A stretch of 64,000 bases of DNA from Eubacteriales bacterium (GTDB lineage Bacteria; Bacillota; Clostridia; Oscillospirales; CAG-272). Shown piece after piece: positions 27,601 to 37,630 of this stretch (position 1 is the stretch's first letter; the number at the start of each line of letters is the position of its first letter). Where the stretch lies: NCBI GenBank assembly GCA_045658565.1, contig JAZOVF010000003.1, positions 28,998 to 92,997 of the forward strand, given 5' to 3'. A program made the position numbers and the translations under genes. A model generated the notes under the pieces. It had not been told where the DNA came from, ran no database searches, and saw only the letters and a list, made by a program, of their open reading frames with translations.

Positions 27601-29991
27601 TTACTTTGCTCTCTTTTTCGCCAGTTTATCCGTTATCATAAATACAAGCTTTTGCAAATCCTTCTTCAAGAGAACGAAGAGAAGGCCGAGGGATATTCCC
27701 GCTACCGCCGTTCCCATAAGGAATGTTGGGTTTTCAAGAGCGGGAAGGAAGCCTAAAATGTCTTTGGGAATTATTGGGATAAATTCTCCCGCATAAATAC
27801 TGATAGGCACTATCAACGCCATAAGCAATCCCACACCAAGGCAAACACCAAGCCGCCATTTTGTAAACGGGAAGCAGAGAGACAAAAGATTGATATATCC
27901 AACAAGTGTTACAACTATCATAGCCGAAGAATTGAGGCACTCGGTGGATATTCCCGCACCAAATGTGCCAAGAAGCAGCATAAACAGTACAGGAATATAC
28001 ATAACCATAGCCGAGGGTATGCTCTCAAGCATAACGGTTTTTAAGAATGCACCCTTTATGCGCTCGTAGTTTGGCTCAAGAGCAAGGAGTACCGAGGGAA
28101 TACCGATAACAAAAAGCTCAAGGAGCATAAACTGCTTTGGCTCAAAGGGATATGTAACACCGGGCATACATATAGCAAACAGCGAAAGTCCGATAACGAA
28201 CACCGTTTTCATAAGGAAGAGAACTGCCGAATTGCGAACATTATTTATACAACGACGTCCCTCCTTTACTACCTCGGGCAGGGCTGCAAAGTCGGAGTCA
28301 AGAAGAACTATCTGGGATATGGCTCTTGCAACCTCGCTGCCGTCTGCCATAGCGATAGCGCAGTTGGATTCCTTAAGTGCTAAGGTATCGTTTACACCGT
28401 CGCCTGTCATTGCTACTATGTGTCCGTTTGACTTAAGCGCCTTTACAAGAAGAACCTTTTGCTCGGGGGTAACTCTGCCGAATACAGAATATTTTTCGGC
28501 AGCGTCTTTTAATTCCTCGTCGGAGAGACCCTGGCAGGAAATATAATTTTCAGCTCCGATAACTCCTACCCTGCCGGCTATTGTAGATACCGTTTCAGCA
28601 TGGTCGCCCGAAATTATTTTAACAGTTACGCCCTGCTCTTGGAATTTAGAGATAATTTCTTTGGCATTGGGACGAATTCTGTCGGCTATTGCAATCATTG
28701 CCACAGCCTTGCCCTCTTCATTAAGCGAGGGAAGTGATGCAAGAAGTAGAACTCGCTGTCCCTCTTTTGCAAAGGCGGCAATTTTTTCTTTAACCTCGTC
28801 CGACACAGGGCAGGGAACAAAGCCGGGAGCGCCTATTGCAAAGCTACCCTCGCCCTCTATTGTCACCGCAGAATATTTACGTGCCGATGAAAAGGGAATT
28901 TTGTCGGTTACAACACAATCCTTGCACCCGAAGCGCTCGATTAACGCACGCGAGGTATTGTTTATGCTCTTCTCTGCCCCCTCAAGCATTGATATAATCT
29001 CGGAAAGCTTATCCTCGGGAATGCCCGCCAGAGGCTCAAAGGCGGTAACGCACATTGTGCCGTCGGTTATTGTACCTGTTTTATCAAGACAAACAACGTC
29101 TGCCGATGCCAGCATCTCGATAGAATACATATCCTGGACGAGAGTGCGCTTTTTTGAAAGAATTATAACACTTAAGGTAAGGGTTACGGTTATAAGAAGA
29201 TATATTCCCGCAGGTATCATTCCTATAACAGAGCCGGAGGTTTTTTCTACCGTTGTGATAAAGTTGCGACCTGTATCAAAGTAGTTTGTTACCGCCATAG
29301 CCACAGTTATTGGAATCATAAAAATGCCTATATACTTAATCAGGCTGTTAAGGTCACGGAAAAGGTTTGATGCAGGTGCCTTAAAGCCCTTGGCTGCCGA
29401 TTCTATTGTGTGAACGTAGTTGTCGTCGCCAACTTTTGTAACCTTTACATATATCATACCGCTGACAAGAAAGCTGCCTGCAAGAACCGTGTCGCCCTCC
29501 TGCTTTTTTATAGCGTCGGACTCTCCTGTAAGCATACTCTCATTTGCCTCGGCATAGCCCGAGACAACAACTCCGTCAGAGAGCACCTGCTTGCCAAGCT
29601 CGATACGCATAACGTCACCGAGAACTATGTCACAAACATCTATCTCCACCTCTTTGCCGTCGCGGACAACTATAGCCTTTGGCTCGGTGGTGACAGAAAG
29701 CTTCTCAACGGTACGCTTTGCTCTTATTTCCTGAACTGTGGCAATAAGGATATTTGGAATAACTATAAACAGGAATGTCAGGTTTGTAACACTTCCCGTA
29801 GCGACAAGCACAACCGTTACAATAGCCCACACAAGGTTAAAGAATGTGAGAAGATTGTCGGCTATAATCTTAAGATAGCTTTTGCCTGCCTTTTCCTTTG
29901 ACACATTTATATGGCCTGCCGCTCGCTCGGCTTCCACCTCTGCCGAGCTTAAGCCTCGAGGCAGGTCGTTTGTTTCTCTATTTTCGGACAT
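27601..29991 (-). CDS. Cation-translocating P-type ATPase (HAD-IC family, P2/P3-like)
   Basis: 796 aa, with TGES, the phosphorylation motif CLDKTGTIT, the hinge MTGDGVNDTLALK, and multiple TM helices. Confidence 0.88.
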   Translation of the reverse strand: MSENRETNDLPRGLSSAEVEAERAAGHINVSKEKAGKSYLKIIADNLLTFFNLVWAIVTVVLVATGSVTNLTFLFIVIPNILIATVQEIRAKRTVEKLSVTTEPKAIVVRDGKEVEIDVCDIVLGDVMRIELGKQVLSDGVVVSGYAEANESMLTGESDAIKKQEGDTVLAGSFLVSGMIYVKVTKVGDDNYVHTIESAAKGFKAPASNLFRDLNSLIKYIGIFMIPITVAMAVTNYFDTGRNFITTVEKTSGSVIGMIPAGIYLLITVTLTLSVIILSKKRTLVQDMYSIEMLASADVVCLDKTGTITDGTMCVTAFEPLAGIPEDKLSEIISMLEGAEKSINNTSRALIERFGCKDCVVTDKIPFSSARKYSAVTIEGEGSFAIGAPGFVPCPVSDEVKEKIAAFAKEGQRVLLLASLPSLNEEGKAVAMIAIADRIRPNAKEIISKFQEQGVTVKIISGDHAETVSTIAGRVGVIGAENYISCQGLSDEELKDAAEKYSVFGRVTPEQKVLLVKALKSNGHIVAMTGDGVNDTLALKESNCAIAMADGSEVARAISQIVLLDSDFAALPEVVKEGRRCINNVRNSAVLFLMKTVFVIGLSLFAICMPGVTYPFEPKQFMLLELFVIGIPSVLLALEPNYERIKGAFLKTVMLESIPSAMVMYIPVLFMLLLGTFGAGISTECLNSSAMIVVTLVGYINLLSLCFPFTKWRLGVCLGVGLLMALIVPISIYAGEFIPIIPKDILGFLPALENPTFLMGTAVAGISLGLLFVLLKKDLQKLVFMITDKLAKKRAK

Positions 29992-30083
29992 TTTTAATAA
30001 TCTCCATCTTTTATTTTAACAAGAAATAATATACCACAAAAAGCGGGGTTTGTCAACCGAAATACTTCATATTTAAAAGCCTC

Positions 30084-30112
30084 TTGACTTAAGGGAGAAA
30101 TTATGAGATAAT
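30084..30112 (+). promoter_or_regulatory. Sigma-A-type promoter candidate for the PAP2 phosphatase gene
   Basis: TTGACT (30084-30089), a 17-bp spacer, then GATAAT (30107-30112). Confidence 0.4.
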
Positions 30113-30140
30113 AAAAGGGAAAACTAAAGGAGGGTGCGCT

Positions 30141-30632
30141 TTGGAAAAATTATTAAAGTCGGTTTACAAAAGGCCGGTTCTTTCAAAATTCTTGCGTCTT
30201 GTTTCTCACCTGGCGGGAATTTTCGCGTTTTGCTTATTTTTGTTCGTGTTTATCCGTTTGGCTCTCCACTCTCCCCTATCGGCGGCAAAGCTATGCATAA
30301 TTATCGGTGCATCATACGTAATTGTCAGCTTAACGAGAAAAATTATAAATGCTCCGAGACCTTACGAAATATATGATTTTTACGAAGCACCGCCTAAAGA
30401 AAAGAAAGGTGTTTCATTCCCCTCAAGGCATACATTTTTAGTTTTTGCAATTGCTACCGTTTGTCTGCCCGCATCCCCACTTCCCGCTATAATTCTTTTT
30501 GTCCTCGGTGTGCTTCTTGCTGTATCACGGGTGCTTATCGGAATACATTTTATCCGAGATGTTCTCTGTGGAGCTTTGCTTGGAGTTATCTCTTCTCTTG
30601 TCGGGCTTTTCACCCTTTTCCCCTATGCTTGA
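30141..30632 (+). CDS. PAP2-family membrane phosphatase
   Basis: 163 aa with the PAP2 motifs KxxxxxxRP (RKIINAPRP), PSRH (FPSRHT) and SRVLIGIHFIRDV. The TTG start follows AAAGGAGG. Confidence 0.8.
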   Translation: MEKLLKSVYKRPVLSKFLRLVSHLAGIFAFCLFLFVFIRLALHSPLSAAKLCIIIGASYVIVSLTRKIINAPRPYEIYDFYEAPPKEKKGVSFPSRHTFLVFAIATVCLPASPLPAIILFVLGVLLAVSRVLIGIHFIRDVLCGALLGVISSLVGLFTLFPYA

Positions 30633-30688
30633 ATAAAAAACGGCCTCACGTCAATAATTTTGAAAAAAGACGGCGGAGGCCTTTTTCT

Positions 30689-32110
30689 ATGGACGAAAAG
30701 GAAGATATAAAAACACTTTATACAAGCTATTCCGAAAACATTAGTCTTATGCGTCAGATGCTCAGGGTTGACGAAAGCTTTGATGTTATTGAAAGACACC
30801 TTGCGGTATGCGGGCGGGATATGTGCTTTTTCTATATTGACGGGTTTGTCAAGGATGCGGAGATGCAGAGAATTATGCAAACCCTTCTCGGTCTTACCGA
30901 GCCTATGTCTGCAAGGTCATTGGAATTAAGAATGCCCTATGTGGAAATAGAACGAGAGGTAAGATTTGAGAAGCTTGTCTTGGCGGTGCTTTCGGGACAG
31001 ACTGCCATTTTTGCCGAGAGCTTTGGGGCCGAGGCAATTCTTGCCGACCTGCGTACCTATCCTGCGAGAAGCACCTCTGAGCCGGAGGGCGACAGAGTTA
31101 TGCAGGGCGCAAGAGACGGCTTTGTGGAAACTCTGATAATGAACACAGCTCTGATAAGGCGGCGAATTCGCGACCCCAGACTGACTATGGAATATTTTAA
31201 CCTCGGGGGTGCCTCTGCCACCGATGTTGTGGTCTGCTATGTAAAGGGTGTGGCAAAGGAGGATAGCCTTAACGATATAAGAAAAAAGCTGACAGAGGTT
31301 AAGCCAAAATCCCTGACTCTCGGCTACCAGAGCCTTGCCGAAACCTTAATCAGGCGAGGATGGATAAACCCTTTCCCCAAAATTCGCACCACCGAGCGAC
31401 CCGACACCGCTTCAGCCCAGCTGCTTGAGGGCAGTATTATAGTTCTTTGCGACACGTCGCCTTTGGCAATGATTTTACCAACCTCGATTTTTGACTACCT
31501 TGAGGAAACAAGCGATTTCTACTCCCCGCCCTTGACGGGAACGTATTTAAGGCTTGTCAGGGTGTTTATTCTTCTTCTCTCGGTGGTTATAACGCCTCTT
31601 TGGTATTTGGCACTCGAATATCAGTACCTTTTACCTCCCGAGCTTCTCTTTCTTGTGCCCGATGACCCCGGGGCACTGCCTATAATTTTGCAGCTTTTGC
31701 TTGCCGAGGTGGCAATAGACGGCTTGAAAATTGCATCAATGAACACTCCCGATATTCTATCAAACTCTCTGTCTGTTATTGGAGCTCTTATCCTCGGTGA
31801 TTTTGCCGTTGATATAGGTTGGCTTTCGGGAGATGTTATTCTGTACATGGCTTTTGTGGCAATTGCCAACTTTGCACAACAGAACTATGAGTTAGGCTAT
31901 GCCTTTAAATTTATGCGTGTTTTAACCCTTATACTGACGGCAATACTCGGAATCTGGGGCTTTGGTCTCGGACTTGCCATCTTTGTTATTGCAATAGCAA
32001 CAAACAACACAGTTCTCGGCAAGGGCTATCTCTACCCCCTTATTCCCCTTAACATTAAGGACCTTGGCAGATTGATTATAAGACAGAGAAAGACAGACTT
32101 TGAAAAGTAA
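30689..32110 (+). CDS. GerA-family spore germination protein A-subunit homologue (orphan; SpoVAF-like)
   Basis: 473 aa from ATG 30689. It has the GerA-family N-domain (...CGRDMCFFYIDGFVKD..., RTYPARSTSEPE) and a C-terminal polytopic membrane domain. No GerAB or GerAC partners are adjacent. Confidence 0.8.
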   Translation: MDEKEDIKTLYTSYSENISLMRQMLRVDESFDVIERHLAVCGRDMCFFYIDGFVKDAEMQRIMQTLLGLTEPMSARSLELRMPYVEIEREVRFEKLVLAVLSGQTAIFAESFGAEAILADLRTYPARSTSEPEGDRVMQGARDGFVETLIMNTALIRRRIRDPRLTMEYFNLGGASATDVVVCYVKGVAKEDSLNDIRKKLTEVKPKSLTLGYQSLAETLIRRGWINPFPKIRTTERPDTASAQLLEGSIIVLCDTSPLAMILPTSIFDYLEETSDFYSPPLTGTYLRLVRVFILLLSVVITPLWYLALEYQYLLPPELLFLVPDDPGALPIILQLLLAEVAIDGLKIASMNTPDILSNSLSVIGALILGDFAVDIGWLSGDVILYMAFVAIANFAQQNYELGYAFKFMRVLTLILTAILGIWGFGLGLAIFVIAIATNNTVLGKGYLYPLIPLNIKDLGRLIIRQRKTDFEK

Positions 32111-32117
32111 GAAAACC

Positions 32118-32151
32118 AAAACCCCGACAAGTAAATTTTGTCGGGGCTTTT
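32118..32151. terminator. Bidirectional terminator between the gerA-family gene and the fliB-family gene
   Basis: The stem pairs CCCCGACAA (32122-32130) with TTGTCGGGG (32138-32146). It is A-rich upstream and T-rich downstream. Confidence 0.75.
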
Positions 32152-32164
32152 CAAATAGATGTTG

Positions 32165-33133
32165 TCAAAAAACAGCTTCAGCATTTTCTTCAATCAAGGC
32201 GATATTATCCTCGTTATACTCCACCTCTTTGGAATAGAGCTTTGAAAGATAAACGGCTCTGTCAAGGGTGAGACTTTCTTCGGCTGAAAGAAGGCGGGCA
32301 AGGGTTAAAGTTGAGACTGCCGCTATCGCCATTTTGCCGAGAATGCAACCGTCCTCTGCCGCTTTTGGCAGATATCTATGGAGGAAATAGGCGAAAATGT
32401 TATGTAAATATTTATTTACGGTTTCGCTTTCGGAAATTTTATTTTCCGAGGCTGTGTTACGGAGAAGAGACAGAAGCTCACCTGTCATAAATTCCATTTT
32501 GTAAAACAGATAATTTATTACCGAAAAATCCTCGAAATTCCTTAGATTATAAAGGGTTTCAGACTCTCCGTCAAGCTCTGCCTGCGCTCTTTTTGTAAGG
32601 CTTATGGCAACTTTTAATGTGTAAACAATACTTTGCGTTCCGCCGCCAAGGATTTCAAACACTTTTTCTCTTAAATTAAGCACTGCTCCGAGCAGCTCTT
32701 CGTCACATTCTTCCCCTTCGCCATCTGTTTCAAGAGTAACAAGCTCTGTGGGGTTATCGCATGTCAAGATAAGCTCGGCTGCCGCCTCGCAGCACATTCC
32801 AACACCGCCGAAAACCGTATCTCCTAAGACGGTGTAATATCTCGGATGCTCACGGCAAATGTCACAGAGATACCCCTCACCTCGCTCTATAATAAGGTCG
32901 CAGAGTCCAAGGCCGTTAAGAAAGGGGCATCTTTCGCCATTTAAGACAAAGTGAGGTGTTTGGTCCTCGGATATATTGTTTTTCAGTCTTTCGCCAAGAG
33001 GCCCTTTTGTGCTCTTATATTTTGAAAGAGTTTTATCGTCAATATCTATCTCCCAGCCGATGCAGCAGTTGTCGGTGCAGGAGCCGCCAACACACTTAAA
33101 GTCCTTATAATAACTTGGTGCTACAAGCTTCAT
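32165..33133 (-). CDS. FliB-family Cys-rich protein (flagellin lysine-N-methylase-like)
   Basis: 322 aa. YYKDFKCVGGSCTDNCCIGWEIDIDDKTLSKY, CPFL...GLC and CREHPR match the FliB-family cysteine pattern as I remember it. Its ATG overlaps the mnmG stop (ATGA). Confidence 0.55.
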   Translation of the reverse strand: MKLVAPSYYKDFKCVGGSCTDNCCIGWEIDIDDKTLSKYKSTKGPLGERLKNNISEDQTPHFVLNGERCPFLNGLGLCDLIIERGEGYLCDICREHPRYYTVLGDTVFGGVGMCCEAAAELILTCDNPTELVTLETDGEGEECDEELLGAVLNLREKVFEILGGGTQSIVYTLKVAISLTKRAQAELDGESETLYNLRNFEDFSVINYLFYKMEFMTGELLSLLRNTASENKISESETVNKYLHNIFAYFLHRYLPKAAEDGCILGKMAIAAVSTLTLARLLSAEESLTLDRAVYLSKLYSKEVEYNEDNIALIEENAEAVF

Positions 33134-35004
33134 TTGTTTTTCCTCCGAGAAAGATATATAAGAAGAACGCTGATGTCAGCAGGGTTAACACCGCTGATTC
33201 TTGATGCCTGACCGAGACTTTGGGGTCTGATTTTTTCAAGTTTTTCGGCAGCTTCAAGGCGAAGACCTAGAATTTCCTTATAATCAATATCCTCGGGGAG
33301 CTTTTTTTCCTCTAATTTCTTCTGTCTTTGGGCCTCTGCAAGCTCTCTTTTGATATATCCCTCATACTTTACCTGCACCTCGGCAGTTTTTACGACCGCT
33401 TGAGGAAGAGGTGGTCTGGTCTTATCTATCGGGGCAAGTGTCTTATAGGAAAGCTCGGGGCGTCGGAGAAGCTCGGAGAGCTTTATTCCTGTTGTTATTT
33501 CGGTTGATGAATGCTCTCTGAGAAGTGCATTTACCTCGTCGGAGGGCGCTACCGTTGTTTTCTCAAGCCTTATAATTTCATTTTCAACCGCTTTCATTTT
33601 TTCATTAAAGCGGGCAAATCTTTCGTCATCTATAAGACCTACTCTGTGTCCTATCTCGGTAAGGCGTTTGTCTGCGTTATCCTGGCGGAGAAGCAACCTG
33701 TACTCGCTTCTTGATGTCATCATACGGTATGGCTCTTTTGTTCCCTTGGTTACAAGGTCGTCGATAAGAACACCGATATATGAGGAATCACGGGAAAGAA
33801 CCATCGGCTCTTCACCCTTTTCGGCAAGGGCTGCGTTTATTCCCGCAACAAGCCCCTGAGCTGCAGCCTCCTCATAGCCCGAAGTGCCGTTAAACTGCCC
33901 TGCTCCGTAAAGGCCCGAGACTTTTTTAAACTCAAGGGTGGGGAGCATTTCGGTAGGCTCGGCACAGTCGTACTCTATGGCATAGGCGTAACGCATAATT
34001 TCAGCATTCTCAAAGCCCGAAAGTGTGCGGAGCATTTCATACTGTACATCGGTAGGAAGCGAGGTAGAAAAGCCCTGGATATACATTTCCTCGGTATCAA
34101 GACCGCATGGCTCAACAAAAAGCTGATGGCGTTCCTTGTCGGCAAAGCGGACAAGTTTTGTCTCGATTGAGGGGCAGTATCTTGGTCCCTCGCCTGTAAT
34201 ATTGCCCGAGTACATTGCCGAGCGATTAAGATTATCAAGTATTGTTTTGTGGGTATCCTTGTTGGTATATACCACGTGGCAGCCTACAAGATTTGTCTTT
34301 TCAGCCGACTTTTCGGCAGTACGCACCGAATAGGGTGTTGGCTCATCCTCGCCCTCCTGTACTTCAAGACTGGAGAGGTCTATTGAACGTCTGTGAACCC
34401 TGGCGGGAGTGCCTGTTTTAAAGCGCTGAAGCGTTATGCCGAGGCTAAGGAGCGATGCCGAAAGCCCCTTTGCCGCAGTCATTCCGTCAGGACCTGCCGA
34501 ATACACCTTGTCACCCACGAAAATTTGGCTCTCGAGGAATGTTCCTGTTGCAACAACAGCCTTGTCACACTTCCACACCTCGCCAAGATGAGTAACTACG
34601 CCTGTAACGGCACCGTCTTCGGTCAAAATTTCCACAATTTCCGCTTGAACAAGACGGAGATTTTTCTCCGCCTCGAGAGTCTTTTTCATTTGCTTTTTAT
34701 ATTCGGCTCTGTCTGCCTGCACACGCTTTGAATGCACAGCGGCACCTTTGCCGAGATTTAGGGTTCTTGACTGTATTGTTGCAATATCTGCGGCATAGCC
34801 CATCTCTCCGCCAAGAGCATCTATCTCAAAAACGAGATGTCCCTTTGCGCTTCCGCCGATAGAGGGGTTACAGGGCATATTTCCAACTGCGTCAAGATTT
34901 ATTGTAAAGAGGACTGTGTCACAGCCCATTCTTGCTGATGCGAGAGCCGCTTCTATTCCTGCGTGGCCTGCACCTATAACGGCAATTTGTGTTTTTAACT
35001 CCAT
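33130..35004 (-). CDS. mnmG: tRNA uridine 5-carboxymethylaminomethyl modification enzyme
   Basis: 624 aa from ATG 35004. It has the FAD motif IAVIGAGHAGIEAALASARMG, and the GidA family pattern runs throughout. The track ORF extension to 35178 overlaps ymdB. Confidence 0.9.
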   Translation of the reverse strand: MELKTQIAVIGAGHAGIEAALASARMGCDTVLFTINLDAVGNMPCNPSIGGSAKGHLVFEIDALGGEMGYAADIATIQSRTLNLGKGAAVHSKRVQADRAEYKKQMKKTLEAEKNLRLVQAEIVEILTEDGAVTGVVTHLGEVWKCDKAVVATGTFLESQIFVGDKVYSAGPDGMTAAKGLSASLLSLGITLQRFKTGTPARVHRRSIDLSSLEVQEGEDEPTPYSVRTAEKSAEKTNLVGCHVVYTNKDTHKTILDNLNRSAMYSGNITGEGPRYCPSIETKLVRFADKERHQLFVEPCGLDTEEMYIQGFSTSLPTDVQYEMLRTLSGFENAEIMRYAYAIEYDCAEPTEMLPTLEFKKVSGLYGAGQFNGTSGYEEAAAQGLVAGINAALAEKGEEPMVLSRDSSYIGVLIDDLVTKGTKEPYRMMTSRSEYRLLLRQDNADKRLTEIGHRVGLIDDERFARFNEKMKAVENEIIRLEKTTVAPSDEVNALLREHSSTEITTGIKLSELLRRPELSYKTLAPIDKTRPPLPQAVVKTAEVQVKYEGYIKRELAEAQRQKKLEEKKLPEDIDYKEILGLRLEAAEKLEKIRPQSLGQASRISGVNPADISVLLIYLSRRKNK

Positions 35005-35047
35005 TTTATAGCCTTTTTGAAAATAATTATTTACATTTTTGTTAAAA

Positions 35048-35821
35048 TCAGAAGCTGACCGATTCCGTAGCAACAACCTTTCCGCTAGACTCATCAAGGG
35101 TAAATATTGCTCCGTCGGCTCGAGGCTCTCCTGCTGCTGCCATAAACTTCTTAGGCAGTCTTGTACGCATTCGCTCAACCACCGTGTCAGAGTCCATTCC
35201 TAGAATACCCCCTGCCTCACCGCACATTCCAACATCGGTTATATATCCTGTGCCCCTTGGCAAAATTTGCAGATCTGCGGTTTTAACATGGGTGTGAGTG
35301 CCGAAAATTATGTTTATTTTTCCGTCGTAGCCATAGCCTATCGCCAGCTTTTCGCCTGTTGCCTCTGCATGAATGTCTAGGATAGAAAAGTCGTAATTCC
35401 CCGCCTCTTCTTTAAGCGCCTTGTCAATAAATCCAAAGGGATTATCAAGAACAGGGTCAATATGAATATTTCCCATAGCGGAGATTACAAGCACACGGTA
35501 GCCGCTGCAGTCTAAAATAGTGTAGCCTCTGCCGGGTGCTGAGTCGCCAAAGTTTATGGGCCTTAGAATTTCTCTCGTTTCGTCAAGGTAGGTGTAGGCA
35601 GCCTTATTCTGGAGAGTGTGATTGCCGCCCGTTATGCAGTCTGCCCCTGCACGCAAAAGCTCTGTGGCTCCGTCAGGGGATATTCCCGTAATAAACGAGG
35701 CGTTTTCACCGTTGACTACGCAAAAGTCAATTTTCTTTTCTTTTCTGAATTTCCAGAGATTTTTTTTGAGGTGCTCAAGCCCCTTTGGGCTGGTTACGTC
35801 ACCAATTACAAGTATTTTCAA
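35048..35821 (-). CDS. ymdB: TIGR00282-family metallophosphoesterase (2',3'-cyclic-nucleotide phosphodiesterase YmdB)
   Basis: MKILVIGDV..., VVNGENAS, GNH and GTHTHV motifs. It is in the conserved position downstream of rny. The start codon is TTG. Confidence 0.88.
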   Translation of the reverse strand: MKILVIGDVTSPKGLEHLKKNLWKFRKEKKIDFCVVNGENASFITGISPDGATELLRAGADCITGGNHTLQNKAAYTYLDETREILRPINFGDSAPGRGYTILDCSGYRVLVISAMGNIHIDPVLDNPFGFIDKALKEEAGNYDFSILDIHAEATGEKLAIGYGYDGKINIIFGTHTHVKTADLQILPRGTGYITDVGMCGEAGGILGMDSDTVVERMRTRLPKKFMAAAGEPRADGAIFTLDESSGKVVATESVSF

Positions 35822-35915
35822 AGTCTTTTCTTCTTTCTATGCCCCGATGTGTTTTTTAAAATTCAAGGCACTTCTATTTTAACATAAAATGAAATGATTT
35901 ACAATATATTAAGGT

Positions 35916-35938
35916 AAAAAAAGAGCAATGTGTTGCTC
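35916..35938 (-). terminator. Second hairpin plus T-run in the rny-ymdB spacer
   Basis: On the minus strand, GAGCAA, loop CACA, TTGCTC, followed by T7. Confidence 0.55.
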
Positions 35939-36014
35939 ATACGGCTTCCGCCCATCCACAACTCCGTTATCCCACCACCTTTACACAAAGGAGGCTGTTT
36001 GCGGCTCTGAATGA

Positions 36015-36043
36015 CAAAAACGGCCTCGTTTTTACGAAGCCGT
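36015..36043 (-). terminator. Rho-independent terminator/attenuator just downstream of rny
   Basis: On the minus strand, ACGGCTTCG, loop TAAAAA, CGAGGCCGT (one mismatch), followed by TTTTTG. Confidence 0.6.
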
Positions 36044-36088
36044 CTTGCTTTAAATACTTTTATTAAAATGTAGTTTTTTATCAGAGAA

Positions 36089-37630
36089 TTATTTAGCGTA
36101 ATCAACCGTTCTTGACTCACGGATAACGCTAACCTTTATCTGTCCGGGATAGTCAAGCTCGTTTTCGATCTTCTTCGCAATGTCTCTTGCGAGGATCTTC
36201 ATCTTGTCATCGCTGACAGCCTCGGGCTTAACCATAATTCTTACTTCACGGCCTGCCTGAATTGCGAAGGTCTTTTCTATACCGTCAAAGCTGCCGGCAA
36301 CCTCCTCCAGCTTCTGAAGTCTCTTGATGTAGTTTTCAACATCCTCACGTCTTGCGCCGGGTCTTGCTGCGCTAATAGCATCAGCTGCCTGAACAATAAA
36401 GTCAAGAGCGGACTGAGGATCAACATCACCGTGGTGAGACTCTATGGCATGGATAATATCCTTATGCTCGCGGTACTTGGTTGCAATATCAACACCAAGC
36501 TGTACGTGTGAGCCGTCAACCTCAGCGGTAACTGCTTTACCGATATCGTGGAGAAGTCCTGCACGTCTTGCGGCAGTTGCGTCAACACCCATTTCCTCTG
36601 CAATAACACCTGCAAGCATAGAAACCTCAATAGAGTGGCGAAGGGCATTCTGTCCGTAAGAGGTACGGTACTTCATACGGCCAAGGAGCTTGATAAGCTC
36701 GGGGTGCAGACCGTGAACGCCTGTTTCAAAGACTGCCTTTTCACCCGCCTGCTTGATTGCTCCGTCAACCTCGCGACGTGCCTTTTCAACCATTTCTTCG
36801 ATTCTGGCAGGGTGAATTCTGCCATCGCTCACAAGCTTTTCGAGAGCGATTCTCGCAGTTTCACGTCTTACGGGGTCAAAGCCAGATACGGTAATAACAT
36901 CCGGTGTGTCATCAATAATAAGCTCAACACCTGTAAGATTTTCTATCGTACGGATGTTTCTTCCCTCACGACCAATGATTCTTCCCTTCATTTCATCACT
37001 GGGGATCTGAACAACCGAGATAGCAACCTCGCTGACATGCTCGGAAGCAAAGCGTTGAATAGCAAGGGAGAGAATGTCTCTGGCCTTTGTATCCGCCTCA
37101 TCCCTGAATTTTTCCTCATATTCTGCAATTTTAATTGCGGTTTCGTGCTGCATTTCGCTGTCAAGTCTTGCAACAAGCTCAGCCTTTGCCTCCTCGCGGG
37201 TAAGTCCTGCAATCTTTTCTAGCATTGCAAGCTGGCCCTCAAGAGTTTTGCGAATTTCTTCCTTAACCTTCTCAGCCTCGACAGTTTTTTGAGCAAGAAG
37301 CTCTTCCTTTTTCTCAATGGATTCAAGCTTTGCATCAAGAGTTTCTTCCTTCTGGATAACTCTGCGCTCGAGTCTTGAAACCTCCTTGCGTCTTTCCTTT
37401 ACGTCAAAGTCGGCTTCCTTTTTAAGTTGGAAGATCTCGTCCTTTGCCGCTATTATGGATTCCTTTTTCGCACTTTCTGCATTTTTTATAGCATCTTCAA
37501 GTATCTTTCTTGCCTGCTCCTCAGCAGAACCGAGCTTTTTCTCGGCAAAGACCTTACGAACTATAAAGCCAACCAATACGCCCACAAGCAGCGCTGCGGC
37601 GATTAAACCAATAGCAAGTATGGGATTCAT
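36089..37630 (-). CDS. rny: Ribonuclease Y
   Basis: 513 aa, with an N-terminal TM helix, a coiled coil, a KH domain ([12 protein letters not shown]) and an HD domain (LLHDIGK). Confidence 0.95.
   Translation of the reverse strand: MNPILAIGLIAAALLVGVLVGFIVRKVFAEKKLGSAEEQARKILEDAIKNAESAKKESIIAAKDEIFQLKKEADFDVKERRKEVSRLERRVIQKEETLDAKLESIEKKEELLAQKTVEAEKVKEEIRKTLEGQLAMLEKIAGLTREEAKAELVARLDSEMQHETAIKIAEYEEKFRDEADTKARDILSLAIQRFASEHVSEVAISVVQIPSDEMKGRIIGREGRNIRTIENLTGVELIIDDTPDVITVSGFDPVRRETARIALEKLVSDGRIHPARIEEMVEKARREVDGAIKQAGEKAVFETGVHGLHPELIKLLGRMKYRTSYGQNALRHSIEVSMLAGVIAEEMGVDATAARRAGLLHDIGKAVTAEVDGSHVQLGVDIATKYREHKDIIHAIESHHGDVDPQSALDFIVQAADAISAARPGARREDVENYIKRLQKLEEVAGSFDGIEKTFAIQAGREVRIMVKPEAVSDDKMKILARDIAKKIENELDYPGQIKVSVIRESRTVDYAK

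Noticed and set aside
35899-36120. A 73-aa minus-strand ORF spanning the rny 3' end and the rny-ymdB spacer
   Set aside because: It overlaps the rny coding end in another frame and runs through two terminator hairpins. It has no RBS.
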